Of a DNA stretch of 53,689 nucleotides, positions 21,101 to 29,990 are shown one piece after another. The notes beneath the pieces are model-generated. The model saw nothing but the letters and a program-made list of their open reading frames with translations, was not told where the DNA came from and ran no database searches. The position numbers and the translations under genes are program-made. The stretch lies in IMG/VR virus record IMGVR_UViG_3300029309_000059, positions 1-53,689 of that record. One strand, written 5' to 3'. The DNA is from a virus. Taxonomy: Duplodnaviria > Caudoviricetes. Position 1 is the first letter of the stretch, and every line of letters starts with the position of its first letter.

Positions 21101-23762
21101 CGCCCTTAAATGTCAGATAAGGCATGTTGTCCACCAACCCTACTAACGTACTAGACCATACAGAACCATACTTGTTAGAACACGCAACATTAGGTCCAGT
21201 AAATTCTAGCTGATTATTTATATTACCAGTCTGTGCGATTCTATATCTCTCCCCTAGCTCAAAGCTAAACTTCTGATCGTCAGAAGCGCCATCAACACCA
21301 GCTCCACCTGGACCAGCAGCGCCATCGACAACACTTACATCCGCGCTAAAAAAATTCAAGGCCCCACCCGCCGTAGGAGAAAGACCGAAAGCAATAGAAA
21401 TGCTGTCTACAAACCCCTGCCAACAGTTAGAGAATGAAGTTGAAACACCACCAGCTTCGGATGGCATCAAGAATTGAACAACGTTGTCATAAGTGTATGG
21501 TAAACCAATACCTTCTACTACTGACGGCCCCTGTATTTCAGCTAATAAATCTGTTTCTTCGTTAGAATTTAAAGACGGTATATCTAAAGAATAATAATCT
21601 ATAACACGAGTGCCTGTAGCTGGATTATTATTGTTTATTGCTGCCTGATTAAATACAAACCATTCTGCTATAGGCGCTGGGATAATAGATCTACCGCTAA
21701 GAGATGTTGAACCGAAGCCACTAGGAAAGTTAGCACCGCCATCACCTATGGGTCCAATAGTAGATATATTTACTGGGCTTCCATCCTTTTGTCTGTGAAA
21801 AGCTGGCATAGTAGCTCCAGGACCTAAATCAAGAGGCACCATAGGCCAAACTATTTTTGCTACAGTATTAACTCCGAAATTAGTCAACCCCCATAGCGTT
21901 TCCGTAGAGTCAGATATTGCTATTGATGGTGATACATTAGTGTTTAATCTTATATGACCCCTACCCTTTACGGGCCTTGGCAAACAAGTGACGAAATCTT
22001 CTTTGGTGATATTCAACTCATCAACGATCATTCTAACAAAACGAACGCTAGACGTTTGAGGGTTAGTTTCTCCCTGACTATTAAAAAACAGAACCCCAGT
22101 GTTTGCGTCACTTACTGATTCAAAAGAGAATTTTACATTACCTGATTTAAGGATAACAAATGCAAGAGGATGATTTCTGTTTCCAAATCTATCAACGACA
22201 CAACTTATAAGCTGAGAGTTAAGGTCTGTTTGAGCTATCCTATCTCCAGATTCAATACCAGTGACAATATTGTGATCGAGCACGACAGGATCACCTATGT
22301 TTTCTACCCCAGGAGCTTCTATAATTGACATACCTATAGGGCCTGAATCATCTCCAGTAAGTATTTTTGAAATATTAAGACCCAGATCATCAGCACTCAG
22401 GTCATCAGTATCGACACTGAAAACTATGTTTATAGACGCAGAGGCGAAAGGTACTATTAAAGGATTTGCAGCGCTAGAACCAATAGTAAAAGAAACACCT
22501 GAAGATGGAAGATTTGTATCTGAGTTTTGATCATACACCCTACCTTTTAATTTCCCCGACAATACTCCTGGGCGTTGACCTGTTCCTGCTAAAGAGCCTC
22601 TAAAAGACAAAGTTCTAGAATCGGCTATATCTTTTGGACCTTCTGCGTTTAGTATTGATGGATCATTAAAATCACTTATACCGTTCTGCAAAAAAGAACC
22701 ATTAACATCTGAATCTTCAAAAGTTAAACCCTGGTCTCTTTCTACAAGGGTAGTGCCGTAGTATTTGTTACCTGCTACATATAGGTGTATGTTCTTTTCT
22801 GCCCTAAAGTTTATAGTCAAATTATAGTTACCAGCAGGTATAACGTCTGGCAAACCGCTAGAATCTATTTTAAAAGCACAAGAGGCTCCGTGCCTACGTG
22901 GTCCCGAAACAGCTTCTTCATTAAAAATAAATGTAGTTTTTACCTCTAGAGTGGCATCAATTAAATCTTTCGGTCTCTCTCTAAATACAACACTACCTTG
23001 TGACCTGCATATTACTGGATCAAACCCATCAATGTAATTACCATACATAAGCCTGTTATCCGCTACAGCTTGAGCTTCGGCTTTTTTAGGCAGGTTATCA
23101 AAGTTCTTTTGAGATATGTCATTAGATACTATAGGGTAAACCTTATCATTATAGAAAGTGTAAAACCCTAAAGGTGTATCTGTATTTGATTCATCATTAG
23201 CTTCATTAAAAAAGAAGTTCTCATTGTCCTGATTTACTTTGGCACTAACCTCATCTATTATCTGCCAAGCATTTTCTTGACCTTCTCTAAAAAGAATCCT
23301 AACCCTAGAGACCTCATTGGATCCTCTTGGGATTGATAGGTTGCAAATATTTTCTACGTTTATTTGAGAAATAGATTGAGCACCAAGGCGTTCTATAGCG
23401 TCTGGATATGCTACCTCCGAATAACCAGAAATAGAACTTAAAAAGCCATCTATGTATACGTTTTGATATGCAAACTGTATACCATTAGTATTCTTAAAAT
23501 TACTTTCTCCTCTTGTAGGGTCGAACTGAAAATCAAATTGTATGGTAGAGGTTGGCGTCTTAGGACAAGCCATTACGAAGTCTTTCAAGTCTTCACCACT
23601 ATAACCTAAAGCATTACCAGTAAAACTTGTATCACCCTCTATGCACCTTCTGATATTAATCTTTTTCGGTTCGTTTTTATTGTCTGTAAAAAACAAGACA
23701 AAATCAACCTCTGAATCAGATCCAACAAATGGATGAACGTCTTTTGTAACATCGTATGCCAT
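18183..23762 (-). CDS. tail muzzle/nozzle (stabilization, P22 gp10-like) protein, main part
   Basis: LFFTDNKNEPKKINI, AEAQAVADNRLMYGNY, FGMVYYDQRGR, GGYDP..DQFLVT and W..RYSF.P motifs typical of crAss-like tail stabilization proteins. Confidence 0.75.
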   Translation of the reverse strand: MAYDVTKDVHPFVGSDSEVDFVLFFTDNKNEPKKINIRRCIEGDTSFTGNALGYSGEDLKDFVMACPKTPTSTIQFDFQFDPTRGESNFKNTNGIQFAYQNVYIDGFLSSISGYSEVAYPDAIERLGAQSISQINVENICNLSIPRGSNEVSRVRILFREGQENAWQIIDEVSAKVNQDNENFFFNEANDESNTDTPLGFYTFYNDKVYPIVSNDISQKNFDNLPKKAEAQAVADNRLMYGNYIDGFDPVICRSQGSVVFRERPKDLIDATLEVKTTFIFNEEAVSGPRRHGASCAFKIDSSGLPDVIPAGNYNLTINFRAEKNIHLYVAGNKYYGTTLVERDQGLTFEDSDVNGSFLQNGISDFNDPSILNAEGPKDIADSRTLSFRGSLAGTGQRPGVLSGKLKGRVYDQNSDTNLPSSGVSFTIGSSAANPLIVPFASASINIVFSVDTDDLSADDLGLNISKILTGDDSGPIGMSIIEAPGVENIGDPVVLDHNIVTGIESGDRIAQTDLNSQLISCVVDRFGNRNHPLAFVILKSGNVKFSFESVSDANTGVLFFNSQGETNPQTSSVRFVRMIVDELNITKEDFVTCLPRPVKGRGHIRLNTNVSPSIAISDSTETLWGLTNFGVNTVAKIVWPMVPLDLGPGATMPAFHRQKDGSPVNISTIGPIGDGGANFPSGFGSTSLSGRSIIPAPIAEWFVFNQAAINNNNPATGTRVIDYYSLDIPSLNSNEETDLLAEIQGPSVVEGIGLPYTYDNVVQFLMPSEAGGVSTSFSNCWQGFVDSISIAFGLSPTAGGALNFFSADVSVVDGAAGPGGAGVDGASDDQKFSFELGERYRIAQTGNINNQLEFTGPNVACSNKYGSVWSSTLVGLVDNMPYLTFKGEYLFQGDTIPAYSIYSANESTPNIDRKVGIEDLKSAPFNSLGSILQTGTMGSSIGSFKTRDTHDFGMVYYDQRGRASTVFPIESVYVPGYSDEERNLPGATKGPVSIRQKLLHPPPSWAERYKIVYSPASKISRFIQYSSGGAFINENQPTGAEDKIYVSLNYLQRKSISYSNAYGARDQDTGETTLYRFTPGDKLRVLSYYDDETSRVWADDVAVFDVVGQEEFLKDQDEHPFLDEADVTENLNAETQNPILRRTGSFVVLRNNREANGFTALDIRAGTDKWGNRCVFEITSYKNDLSDELQAYYETPYGGTVSFNPAAGRYQHSNTNIVIEYGDVFFRGLPVNFQLFNSDSNQFEDLIKFDNDLAGASSQSNFLNYYLESNSVTDLYRSQSKGYGKMHFYNPDAEERRHEASITFSEKTNVQSGNIFYTFFSPLDINFFDLDIDYGAINYIVSIGNEMVSMQESKCSLLQVAKSMTTKADGTDDLVSSARVLSSPRYFVDDVGTAGHAESVVVANDNVYFSDRNSFSVVSISPTGSMKILSDQNMIEFFDKVFIQVNSAITSGNQEVRNSKCRIIGGYDPVNDQFLVTIKTPDSSHFDSSSEAPELTTPGVNLPSVALLSNNAPVTIAYDAASETGWITRYSFLPTCYGHVAKDFVSYKISEGTSNDVLYRHNVSNLTFSKFYDRAFLSQLRSVFNVDLFKSKNFNTISIEPSHDFSVACRLTTKNESTNINRWKVYEDTEYSEIGRSSIEASSQYVSIGLINGLVVTDPVGKFTDVKGNIVDENFDVAGSEALCVDIKFKNNISQIAFNLNSYESAFDSTKITSETVSLNTRFPTGTQDFQRSLGFENIYLIPHKILSSNTIRFIARNNGVDLFGSSILDLQEYQAIASIEGITVLQAIIENHPNVSSNSLLVVKSNPSIYGDKLRDKFAILDLTYNGNILDASVSNRKKPYALEISAVSVDVTESEFT

Positions 23763-26311
23763 CAGTACCCTTTAGTTTGTTTTGTTTGTGATGTCTTAGC
23801 AGCTTGACTTGCAGTGGTAAATCCTGAATCTTGAGGCGTTGATTCTCTATTAGATGTTGTATCACCATCTACAGAAGTGATAGAAGAGTCACGGGGTTCT
23901 TTAGTAGAAGTTTCACTTACTACAGAATCTGCATCTTGTGCAACTTCAGAAGCAGCAATTCTTTTAATATTATTGCAAGAGAACAAAGAGCCATAACATA
24001 GGCCTGCATTTATTTGCTCAGGCCAAGTAGATGGGTGTCCCTCAAGCTCTTGAGAGATATCTAAAACACCGTTTCCATTGATATCAAAAACCTCTTGTGT
24101 AAAACTCTCATATCCTGAACCGCTAATGAGAGTTACAATTCCATTAGTCCAATTTTGAATAAAGGTTGGAGACACACTAGAGGTAAGATTATCATACACA
24201 GCTTTTGCTATAGAATTAGAATTGTTACCAGCTTTAGACACAGTCCTTGCTCTAATAATTCTAGGGGAGTATGTTATAGGGATGCCTCCTGGAAAATCTT
24301 GAATAATCTCTCCGCTAGTATCCATATCGTGAAAGCGTTGTGAATCTATACTTAACGACATCTCTCCTGGATTATTTTCTAGAGATTCAGCTTGACCAAA
24401 TCCTAGACTATTTGTATTTAAACCACTCCATTCGTCACGATTTATAATTGCTAATCCAATATTTTCTTTATATAGATATCCTGGACCACTTACCTGTACA
24501 GGAATTAAAAATTCAAATACCCCCGTAGCATAAGTTTCAGGATTCACCAACTCAATTTCACCGTTTAAAGCTGCATTTAAATCGGGAGCTCCTATTGAGC
24601 TAATAGGAGGAGCAAGAGTAGATATACCATTGCCATTTCTTACAAAGAACCCAGGCTTAAATTCAGCGATATCTATAGACGCCCCATTAGGACAGGGAAA
24701 TGGATTTATAAAAGTAATATTACAGTCGTATTCTAAGTTTAATTCCTGAACACGCTGCCAAGCAGCTAAAGCAGCCTGGTACGGGTCGGTGATACTTGTA
24801 TCTCCACTCCAGCCATCACAAGTAGGTTGTTCATAACCATCACATGTCTCATCTCTTTCACCTTCGCGATTCAAATCATCGGATACGTCATCACTTTGAT
24901 TTAAAAAATCAAACAACTGTTGCCAAGAGCTTTTGTATTCAATCCAATCTTCAGTTTGAGAATAATCTATCTTTATCTTACACATAACACTACGCTCCCC
25001 CATAGTATTGCTTCCAGAACTATTGCTATATACAAGGGAAGAAAAATCGTGATATGCACCCCCTTCATCATTATCATAACTCAAACCAGAAAGCAGGTCA
25101 GGTATTATACTTCCACCGACGATGGAAGCTGCGCTAGTTGAATAATAAGCTGATGTCACAATCACACTATTTGAATCAGTGTCGTGGCCAAAAGCAAGAG
25201 TTGTAATGTCTGATGTATCTCCCAGTAATTGACTAGTTAAATCATCCGCTCCATAAGTAAACACATTAGTTGGGGCTTCTCTATTGCTAGGCCAAACAGA
25301 AATAGGTGATGAAAGCGAAACTATAGCAGCTTTATCTACATCAAATGTATCAGTGTTTAATACACGAAGAGTAACTTTTATTGAAGTGAATGGATCATTT
25401 ACAGCGTCAGGGTGAAGGTTAACCTGAAAAGCACCATTTCTTATCCAGCTTCTAAGAGAGCTATCAATATTAGCGTAATCATCAAATTGACTTTGTATTT
25501 CTGAGATATCAGATGTGTCGTTTAAAGTATTAGTAAGATCAAATGCAGCTGCATTAAAACTAGAGGGATTGTTAAATGCTTGTATATTAAGTTCACTCTC
25601 AATATCACCAGCTTCTGGATAGAATGCACCAAGGTGCGGTATGTTGTCGTTAGATATCTCTAACTCCACTCTTATTGCAATAGGCACCGAATCGCCAGAC
25701 CATATAGATTCAGTTTCGTTATTCTGACCAGCGGGTACAGATATTCTCGCTGTTTCAGCCAACAGAGAGAAGTCTCTTTCATAATAGAAAAATTGAGCTA
25801 CAGTATCTATTTGTTCTTCTTCAAATAGGTCCTCATCACCACCGTCAGTTATTGGAGTATTGTCATCACCACCTGGGTCATCATCACTTGGGGTTACAAG
25901 TGACAACTCCTCATCTTGAGGCTTTCTTTTTATTCTTATCAAATCACCTTTTACAAATCCGTTCTCCTCAAAATTTAGAATAGAACCTTTGAAGATTAGC
26001 CTATGTGTTTTAGTCTTTGTACTGTAAGCGTATATCCCATGATTACCTGCATCGTTATGAACGAAAAAGAATATTACGCCTAAATTTTCATCAGAGACAG
26101 TGCCAATAACAGTATTCTTCCCATCAGAATATTGAGTTATACTCTCGCTAAGACTGACTACAGCGTTGCTCATGGTATGTTTTACGATACCAGAATCTGC
26201 CTCTTGTTTGCCACTGAGTTGGATGTTTATAGCATCCATCATCTCATTAGGCTTAAGAAGTGTCTCGTCTGAGTCTGAGTTTAAAACTTTTGGTGTAAGT
26301 CGAGTGATCAT
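23762..26311 (-). CDS. muzzle/nozzle N-terminal segment fused to a long unrelated domain
   Basis: N-terminal LNSDSDETLL..NEMMDAINI...IGTVSD...IFFFV...LNF, then an acidic linker and ~700 aa of unrecognised sequence. Confidence 0.65.
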   Translation of the reverse strand: MITRLTPKVLNSDSDETLLKPNEMMDAINIQLSGKQEADSGIVKHTMSNAVVSLSESITQYSDGKNTVIGTVSDENLGVIFFFVHNDAGNHGIYAYSTKTKTHRLIFKGSILNFEENGFVKGDLIRIKRKPQDEELSLVTPSDDDPGGDDNTPITDGGDEDLFEEEQIDTVAQFFYYERDFSLLAETARISVPAGQNNETESIWSGDSVPIAIRVELEISNDNIPHLGAFYPEAGDIESELNIQAFNNPSSFNAAAFDLTNTLNDTSDISEIQSQFDDYANIDSSLRSWIRNGAFQVNLHPDAVNDPFTSIKVTLRVLNTDTFDVDKAAIVSLSSPISVWPSNREAPTNVFTYGADDLTSQLLGDTSDITTLAFGHDTDSNSVIVTSAYYSTSAASIVGGSIIPDLLSGLSYDNDEGGAYHDFSSLVYSNSSGSNTMGERSVMCKIKIDYSQTEDWIEYKSSWQQLFDFLNQSDDVSDDLNREGERDETCDGYEQPTCDGWSGDTSITDPYQAALAAWQRVQELNLEYDCNITFINPFPCPNGASIDIAEFKPGFFVRNGNGISTLAPPISSIGAPDLNAALNGEIELVNPETYATGVFEFLIPVQVSGPGYLYKENIGLAIINRDEWSGLNTNSLGFGQAESLENNPGEMSLSIDSQRFHDMDTSGEIIQDFPGGIPITYSPRIIRARTVSKAGNNSNSIAKAVYDNLTSSVSPTFIQNWTNGIVTLISGSGYESFTQEVFDINGNGVLDISQELEGHPSTWPEQINAGLCYGSLFSCNNIKRIAASEVAQDADSVVSETSTKEPRDSSITSVDGDTTSNRESTPQDSGFTTASQAAKTSQTKQTKGY

Positions 26312-27144
26312 ACCTTAGTAGATAGCTTGAAGTTCTTTCTAGTAACCTGCAAAGCTTCCTCTTTAGTAAAGGTGCTGAGCCTAGCGTTTGCTTTTCTCCT
26401 CTCGTTATAATATTCAGCTCTCGCTCTTTGCTTCTCAGACAAAGGCACGTTAGACTTTCTTTCTACAAGCCTGTAGTATATATAAGCCATCAGAGCTTCT
26501 TCTTGAAACACATGCACACTAGGATTCTTGGCCCTAGCCTCGTCAGCAACATACTCTATAACAAACTCAGTATAAGAGCTCTTTGTATCAAGCTCTATCC
26601 TATTCTGATCAAGGTTTAACCTGTACTGACCTAACTTATGTCCACCGCCAATACCATAAAGCTGCCCCTGGTTGTCTCCATATATGTAGTTAGAAAACAC
26701 ATAGGTAGCGTAGTCTGAATCAGATGAGATTTCAGTTCCCGAAGTAGTTGTCTTGGAATCCACTCTATCAAAAACACCATCGTTGTCAGAATCCACTGCA
26801 GAACTTGAATCAGTAGTAGAATTATCACTGCTGTCAACATACGTCATGGAGTAGTTGATGTTGTTGTTTTCACTGAAAACGTACACCTTACCATCAGATC
26901 CAACGATACCAATCTTATTGAGTCCGACGAAATCGTCTGGCAACTCTACAGTATTATTTGTTGTATTCATAGGTAGCTTGATGGACTTAATCCTTCTAGA
27001 GAAATCAAACCCCATATCTCTTATCCCACGAAGAGCAAAATTCTTTATAGAGACATCACTGGCATGAGTAGTATAATCGTTCTCCTCATTTAAGATGATA
27101 AAGTCATTTACTATTGTGCTGATGCTTACTGTATTCCTAGCCAT
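26308..27144 (-). CDS. tail ring / connector protein
   Basis: VELPDDFV and EEALMAYIYY motifs; position between adaptor and muzzle. Confidence 0.6.
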   Translation of the reverse strand: MARNTVSISTIVNDFIILNEENDYTTHASDVSIKNFALRGIRDMGFDFSRRIKSIKLPMNTTNNTVELPDDFVGLNKIGIVGSDGKVYVFSENNNINYSMTYVDSSDNSTTDSSSAVDSDNDGVFDRVDSKTTTSGTEISSDSDYATYVFSNYIYGDNQGQLYGIGGGHKLGQYRLNLDQNRIELDTKSSYTEFVIEYVADEARAKNPSVHVFQEEALMAYIYYRLVERKSNVPLSEKQRARAEYYNERRKANARLSTFTKEEALQVTRKNFKLSTKV

Positions 27145-27833
27145 TATGATTGATTATCTTCATTTCTACCAAACACCTCTACTTGCTGATCTCTTATATT
27201 CAATCCAATCATCTTAGCTATCTCATACACAAGATCTTGCTCGTAATGATATGGGAGCTCAAAGTCCTGAGAGGCTGAAGGATTAAATACTTCTATACCT
27301 CCAGTCTGTAAGAAGACCTGATAAGATGGTGTCAATGGAGATCTGTAATATGACAATTGTATCTTCCTAACAGTGTCTGTTGGGAACACCTCGATATCAC
27401 TAGATATAAGAGCCACAGGGAAATCAGTAGACGGTGCGCTTATATTGCTATTTAAAATGTGTTGAATCTTGTCTTCATCGTAAAGCAAGTGACATGGAGT
27501 AGCTTCCGATGTGTTTAGAGATGAAGTCATATCTACAACAGATATAACGCTATGAAAATCGTTTGGCTTCTGTGTAGGGTTATCTAACCGAACTCTTTCT
27601 ATAAATGTAGACAAGTCACCTTTTGACCTATTAACGATAGAAAGATTCCTAGATGGGTCTACATTCATCCGACGAGCTTTGTTGCCCTCAGGCAAATCAC
27701 CAAACATCTCATAGTATATATTCAGCTGGGCGATCTTAGCGAAAGAATTAAAAATCTCTGGAGTTACAAAGCCTTTCTGGTCTTTGTTAGCTAAGTCCTT
27801 AACTGATTCATATACTGATTGTATACTTATCAT
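27144..27833 (-). CDS. tail tubular / head-tail adaptor protein
   Basis: ANKDQKGFVTPE.FN, YYRSP and FELP motifs; synteny. Confidence 0.6.
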   Translation of the reverse strand: MISIQSVYESVKDLANKDQKGFVTPEIFNSFAKIAQLNIYYEMFGDLPEGNKARRMNVDPSRNLSIVNRSKGDLSTFIERVRLDNPTQKPNDFHSVISVVDMTSSLNTSEATPCHLLYDEDKIQHILNSNISAPSTDFPVALISSDIEVFPTDTVRKIQLSYYRSPLTPSYQVFLQTGGIEVFNPSASQDFELPYHYEQDLVYEIAKMIGLNIRDQQVEVFGRNEDNQS

Positions 27834-27850
27834 TTCTAATCGTTTGAAAA

Positions 27851-27858
27851 CAAATATA
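27851..27858 (-). promoter_or_regulatory. -7 element TATATTTG
   Basis: Intergenic, 17 nt upstream of the ATG at 27833. Confidence 0.65.
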
Positions 27859-27860
27859 CG

Positions 27861-27885
27861 AAAAAGGCCAGCACTAGGCTGGCCT
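27861..27885 (-). terminator. intrinsic terminator
   Basis: + strand aaaaaggccagc-actag-gctggcct: 8-bp GC-rich stem followed by a U tract on the - strand. Confidence 0.75.
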
Positions 27886-27909
27886 CTATCTATGCGGTAA
27901 AGCGGGCTA

Positions 27910-28773
27910 TCAAGCTAGCTTATTGAGTCTTTCTTCTAGAGTAGACAAAACGCTTGCACCCTTCTCTGTAAGACAGAAACGAGTCATCACATCGTCTGGG
28001 TTAGCCCCAACAGGAACAGACACAATCAATCCGTTAGAATCGAACCAGTAGACACCGTCTGCTTTGACTTTGATAATCTGATAATCGGCAGCTTGCTTTA
28101 CTATGCTTCTAGCTACAACCTGAGGGGAATCAAACGAACTAATAAAATCTTTAGGATTCTTCTTAGCTAAGTTCAATAGCTCATATCTAATATCTGCTGT
28201 AGGTCTGTCTATGTTGATTCCATAATAGATAGCGACGGGAAGAAGATCATTAATATCCTTGTCTCTAACCATACTAACAGCCTCTGATTGCTTAAACTCT
28301 TTTTCAAGCCTTTTCTGAGCATCCGTGGTTGGGTCGAGCAACTTAAAAATCTTGCCCCCGTTGGCAAAGTTGTCTGGGTGCTTTTCTAAAAAAATTCTAA
28401 GATTGGGCTTTTCTTTAGGCACCGTAAGAGCACCATCCCTGAATACTACAGCTTCTTTCTTGGCATTATCACTTTGCTCATCAACCCAGATAGAAGGCTC
28501 GTTGGGGCAGTACCTCATAGCTCTAACTGTGTCTGTATTTGAGTCATAGACAGTGACCCCTTTTTGCTTGATCATATATACAATACCACCGAGCTTTGGG
28601 ATAGTGTAGACAACGTCTCTATCTACGTTAGTCTTTCTCAAGATAGGCTTTCGAGAAGGCTTAGGGGGCTGTGGTTTGACCTCTGCCTTTACTACTGGAG
28701 CTTCTGCAACAGCGGTTTCTTGCACGACTTTTTTAGGGCGGCCTGCACGCCTCTTGGTTGTCTGTTCAGACAT
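27910..28773 (-). CDS. virion-morphogenesis-associated protein, function unknown
   Basis: 287 aa between capsid and tail genes, with its own promoter and terminator. Confidence 0.65.
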   Translation of the reverse strand: MSEQTTKRRAGRPKKVVQETAVAEAPVVKAEVKPQPPKPSRKPILRKTNVDRDVVYTIPKLGGIVYMIKQKGVTVYDSNTDTVRAMRYCPNEPSIWVDEQSDNAKKEAVVFRDGALTVPKEKPNLRIFLEKHPDNFANGGKIFKLLDPTTDAQKRLEKEFKQSEAVSMVRDKDINDLLPVAIYYGINIDRPTADIRYELLNLAKKNPKDFISSFDSPQVVARSIVKQAADYQIIKVKADGVYWFDSNGLIVSVPVGANPDDVMTRFCLTEKGASVLSTLEERLNKLA

Positions 28774-28801
28774 ATCTATTGAATTAAAAATTTAACTGTT
28801 A

Positions 28802-28809
28802 CAAATATA
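28802..28809 (-). promoter_or_regulatory. -7 element TATATTTG
   Basis: Intergenic, just downstream of the 28812-28838 terminator. Confidence 0.65.
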
Positions 28810-28811
28810 GT

Positions 28812-28838
28812 AAAAAAGAAAAAGGCCCCATAGGGCCT
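28812..28838 (-). terminator. intrinsic terminator
   Basis: + strand aaaaaagaaaaaggccc-cata-gggcct: stem-loop with long U tract on the - strand. Confidence 0.7.
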
Positions 28839-28862
28839 AATTCCTAATACGTTATTTAATAT

Positions 28863-29594
28863 TTACGAATCGGTAAAGTCGATAGTTGTTGATACTGATC
28901 GGCTTCCACCACCAGGAGTCGTCAACGTAACAGTAGCCTTTAGATCGTCCGACCCACCATTATCTGGATCAAAATCACTAAGATCTGCTACATTGGTTGC
29001 GTTCCCACTAGCTGTAGATATTAAAGTTGTACCATCGGCTTCGTTTCCGCTAATTGCAGAAGACCTAGTAAAAGTCTGGTCATCACCAGTGCCGCTTCCG
29101 ACCAGGCTTAAAGAAAATTGACAGGTAGTTCCGACCTCTGCACTAGAATCAAGATCTGAATTAGCAGAGGCTAAATCAAAACGAAAAGTTCCAGTTTTTG
29201 CAATTGTAGTAATTGTAGCGCCCCCAGAGTTTACTGCAGTAACAGTAAACGGAGCTGGCGCGATTCCTACAATATGTGGAGAAACTTTTTTATTTATAAA
29301 CGCAGCATCTGCTATGTCTAAAAATGATCCTTTTGAATTGCTAAAAAAACGAGAAATATCAGTCAATGCTTCTTTTACTTTGCTGTCATTTACTTCTAAA
29401 AATAAAATCTCAGACGAATCAGCAGAAATACTGCCAGCATGATCTTTAAAGTGAAGAGCCAATATTTTTCTAGACGCATCATCTTCGCTTACATCACATC
29501 CAAGAAAGGTGCTAGTAGGCGAAATAGTATTAAAGTCATTTTGAATACTACCATCAGCAGCAGCTGCATTGTAGTTGGAGTGAATAAACTTCAT
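28863..29594 (-). CDS. putative auxiliary capsid/decoration protein
   Basis: Ser/Thr/Asp-rich, beta-sandwich-like C-terminus; follows the major capsid gene. Confidence 0.5.
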   Translation of the reverse strand: MKFIHSNYNAAAADGSIQNDFNTISPTSTFLGCDVSEDDASRKILALHFKDHAGSISADSSEILFLEVNDSKVKEALTDISRFFSNSKGSFLDIADAAFINKKVSPHIVGIAPAPFTVTAVNSGGATITTIAKTGTFRFDLASANSDLDSSAEVGTTCQFSLSLVGSGTGDDQTFTRSSAISGNEADGTTLISTASGNATNVADLSDFDPDNGGSDDLKATVTLTTPGGGSRSVSTTIDFTDS

Positions 29595-29613
29595 GCTTTT
29601 TATTTTCTGTTAT

Positions 29614-29641
29614 AAAGGAGGGAGGTTTTAACCTCCTCTCC
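29614..29641 (-). terminator. probable terminator hairpin after the capsid genes
   Basis: + strand aaaggagggaggtt-tt-aacctcctctcc, imperfect stem. Confidence 0.5.
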
Positions 29642-29669
29642 AATATAACCATTTTAACAATCTCCTACA

Positions 29670-29972
29670 TTAAGGAGTAATAGTGCCACATGTAGTAAGA
29701 TCTGGATGAACATAAACAGAGTTTACATCATCAGCAATTACAACAAACGGATTTCTAGAAAAAGAAATTTCATCAACAATAGCATTCATGACTTCCTTAG
29801 CTTTACCACTAGTAATGTTAAGAGCGACGGAAGCCTCATCAGCAGCCCCACCAATTTCCTTAAAAGTAATGCTAAGAGCGTCAGCAGCTGTTGCATCAAT
29901 ACCCAAGATGTTATTTACTGGAAGCAAAATAGCATCTGAGGTTGAGTTCATAAAAAAACAATATCTATCCAT
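29670..29972 (-). CDS. small capsid-associated protein
   Basis: 100 aa immediately downstream of the major capsid gene. Confidence 0.55.
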   Translation of the reverse strand: MDRYCFFMNSTSDAILLPVNNILGIDATAADALSITFKEIGGAADEASVALNITSGKAKEVMNAIVDEISFSRNPFVVIADDVNSVYVHPDLTTCGTITP

Positions 29973-29990
29973 AATTATAGTTTTTAAAAA

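Noticed and set aside
23762-25900. Intein or intron explaining the muzzle interruption
   Set aside because: No C/S...HN splice junctions, no homing-endonuclease motifs, no group I/II features; the insert is open coding sequence ending in a stop.
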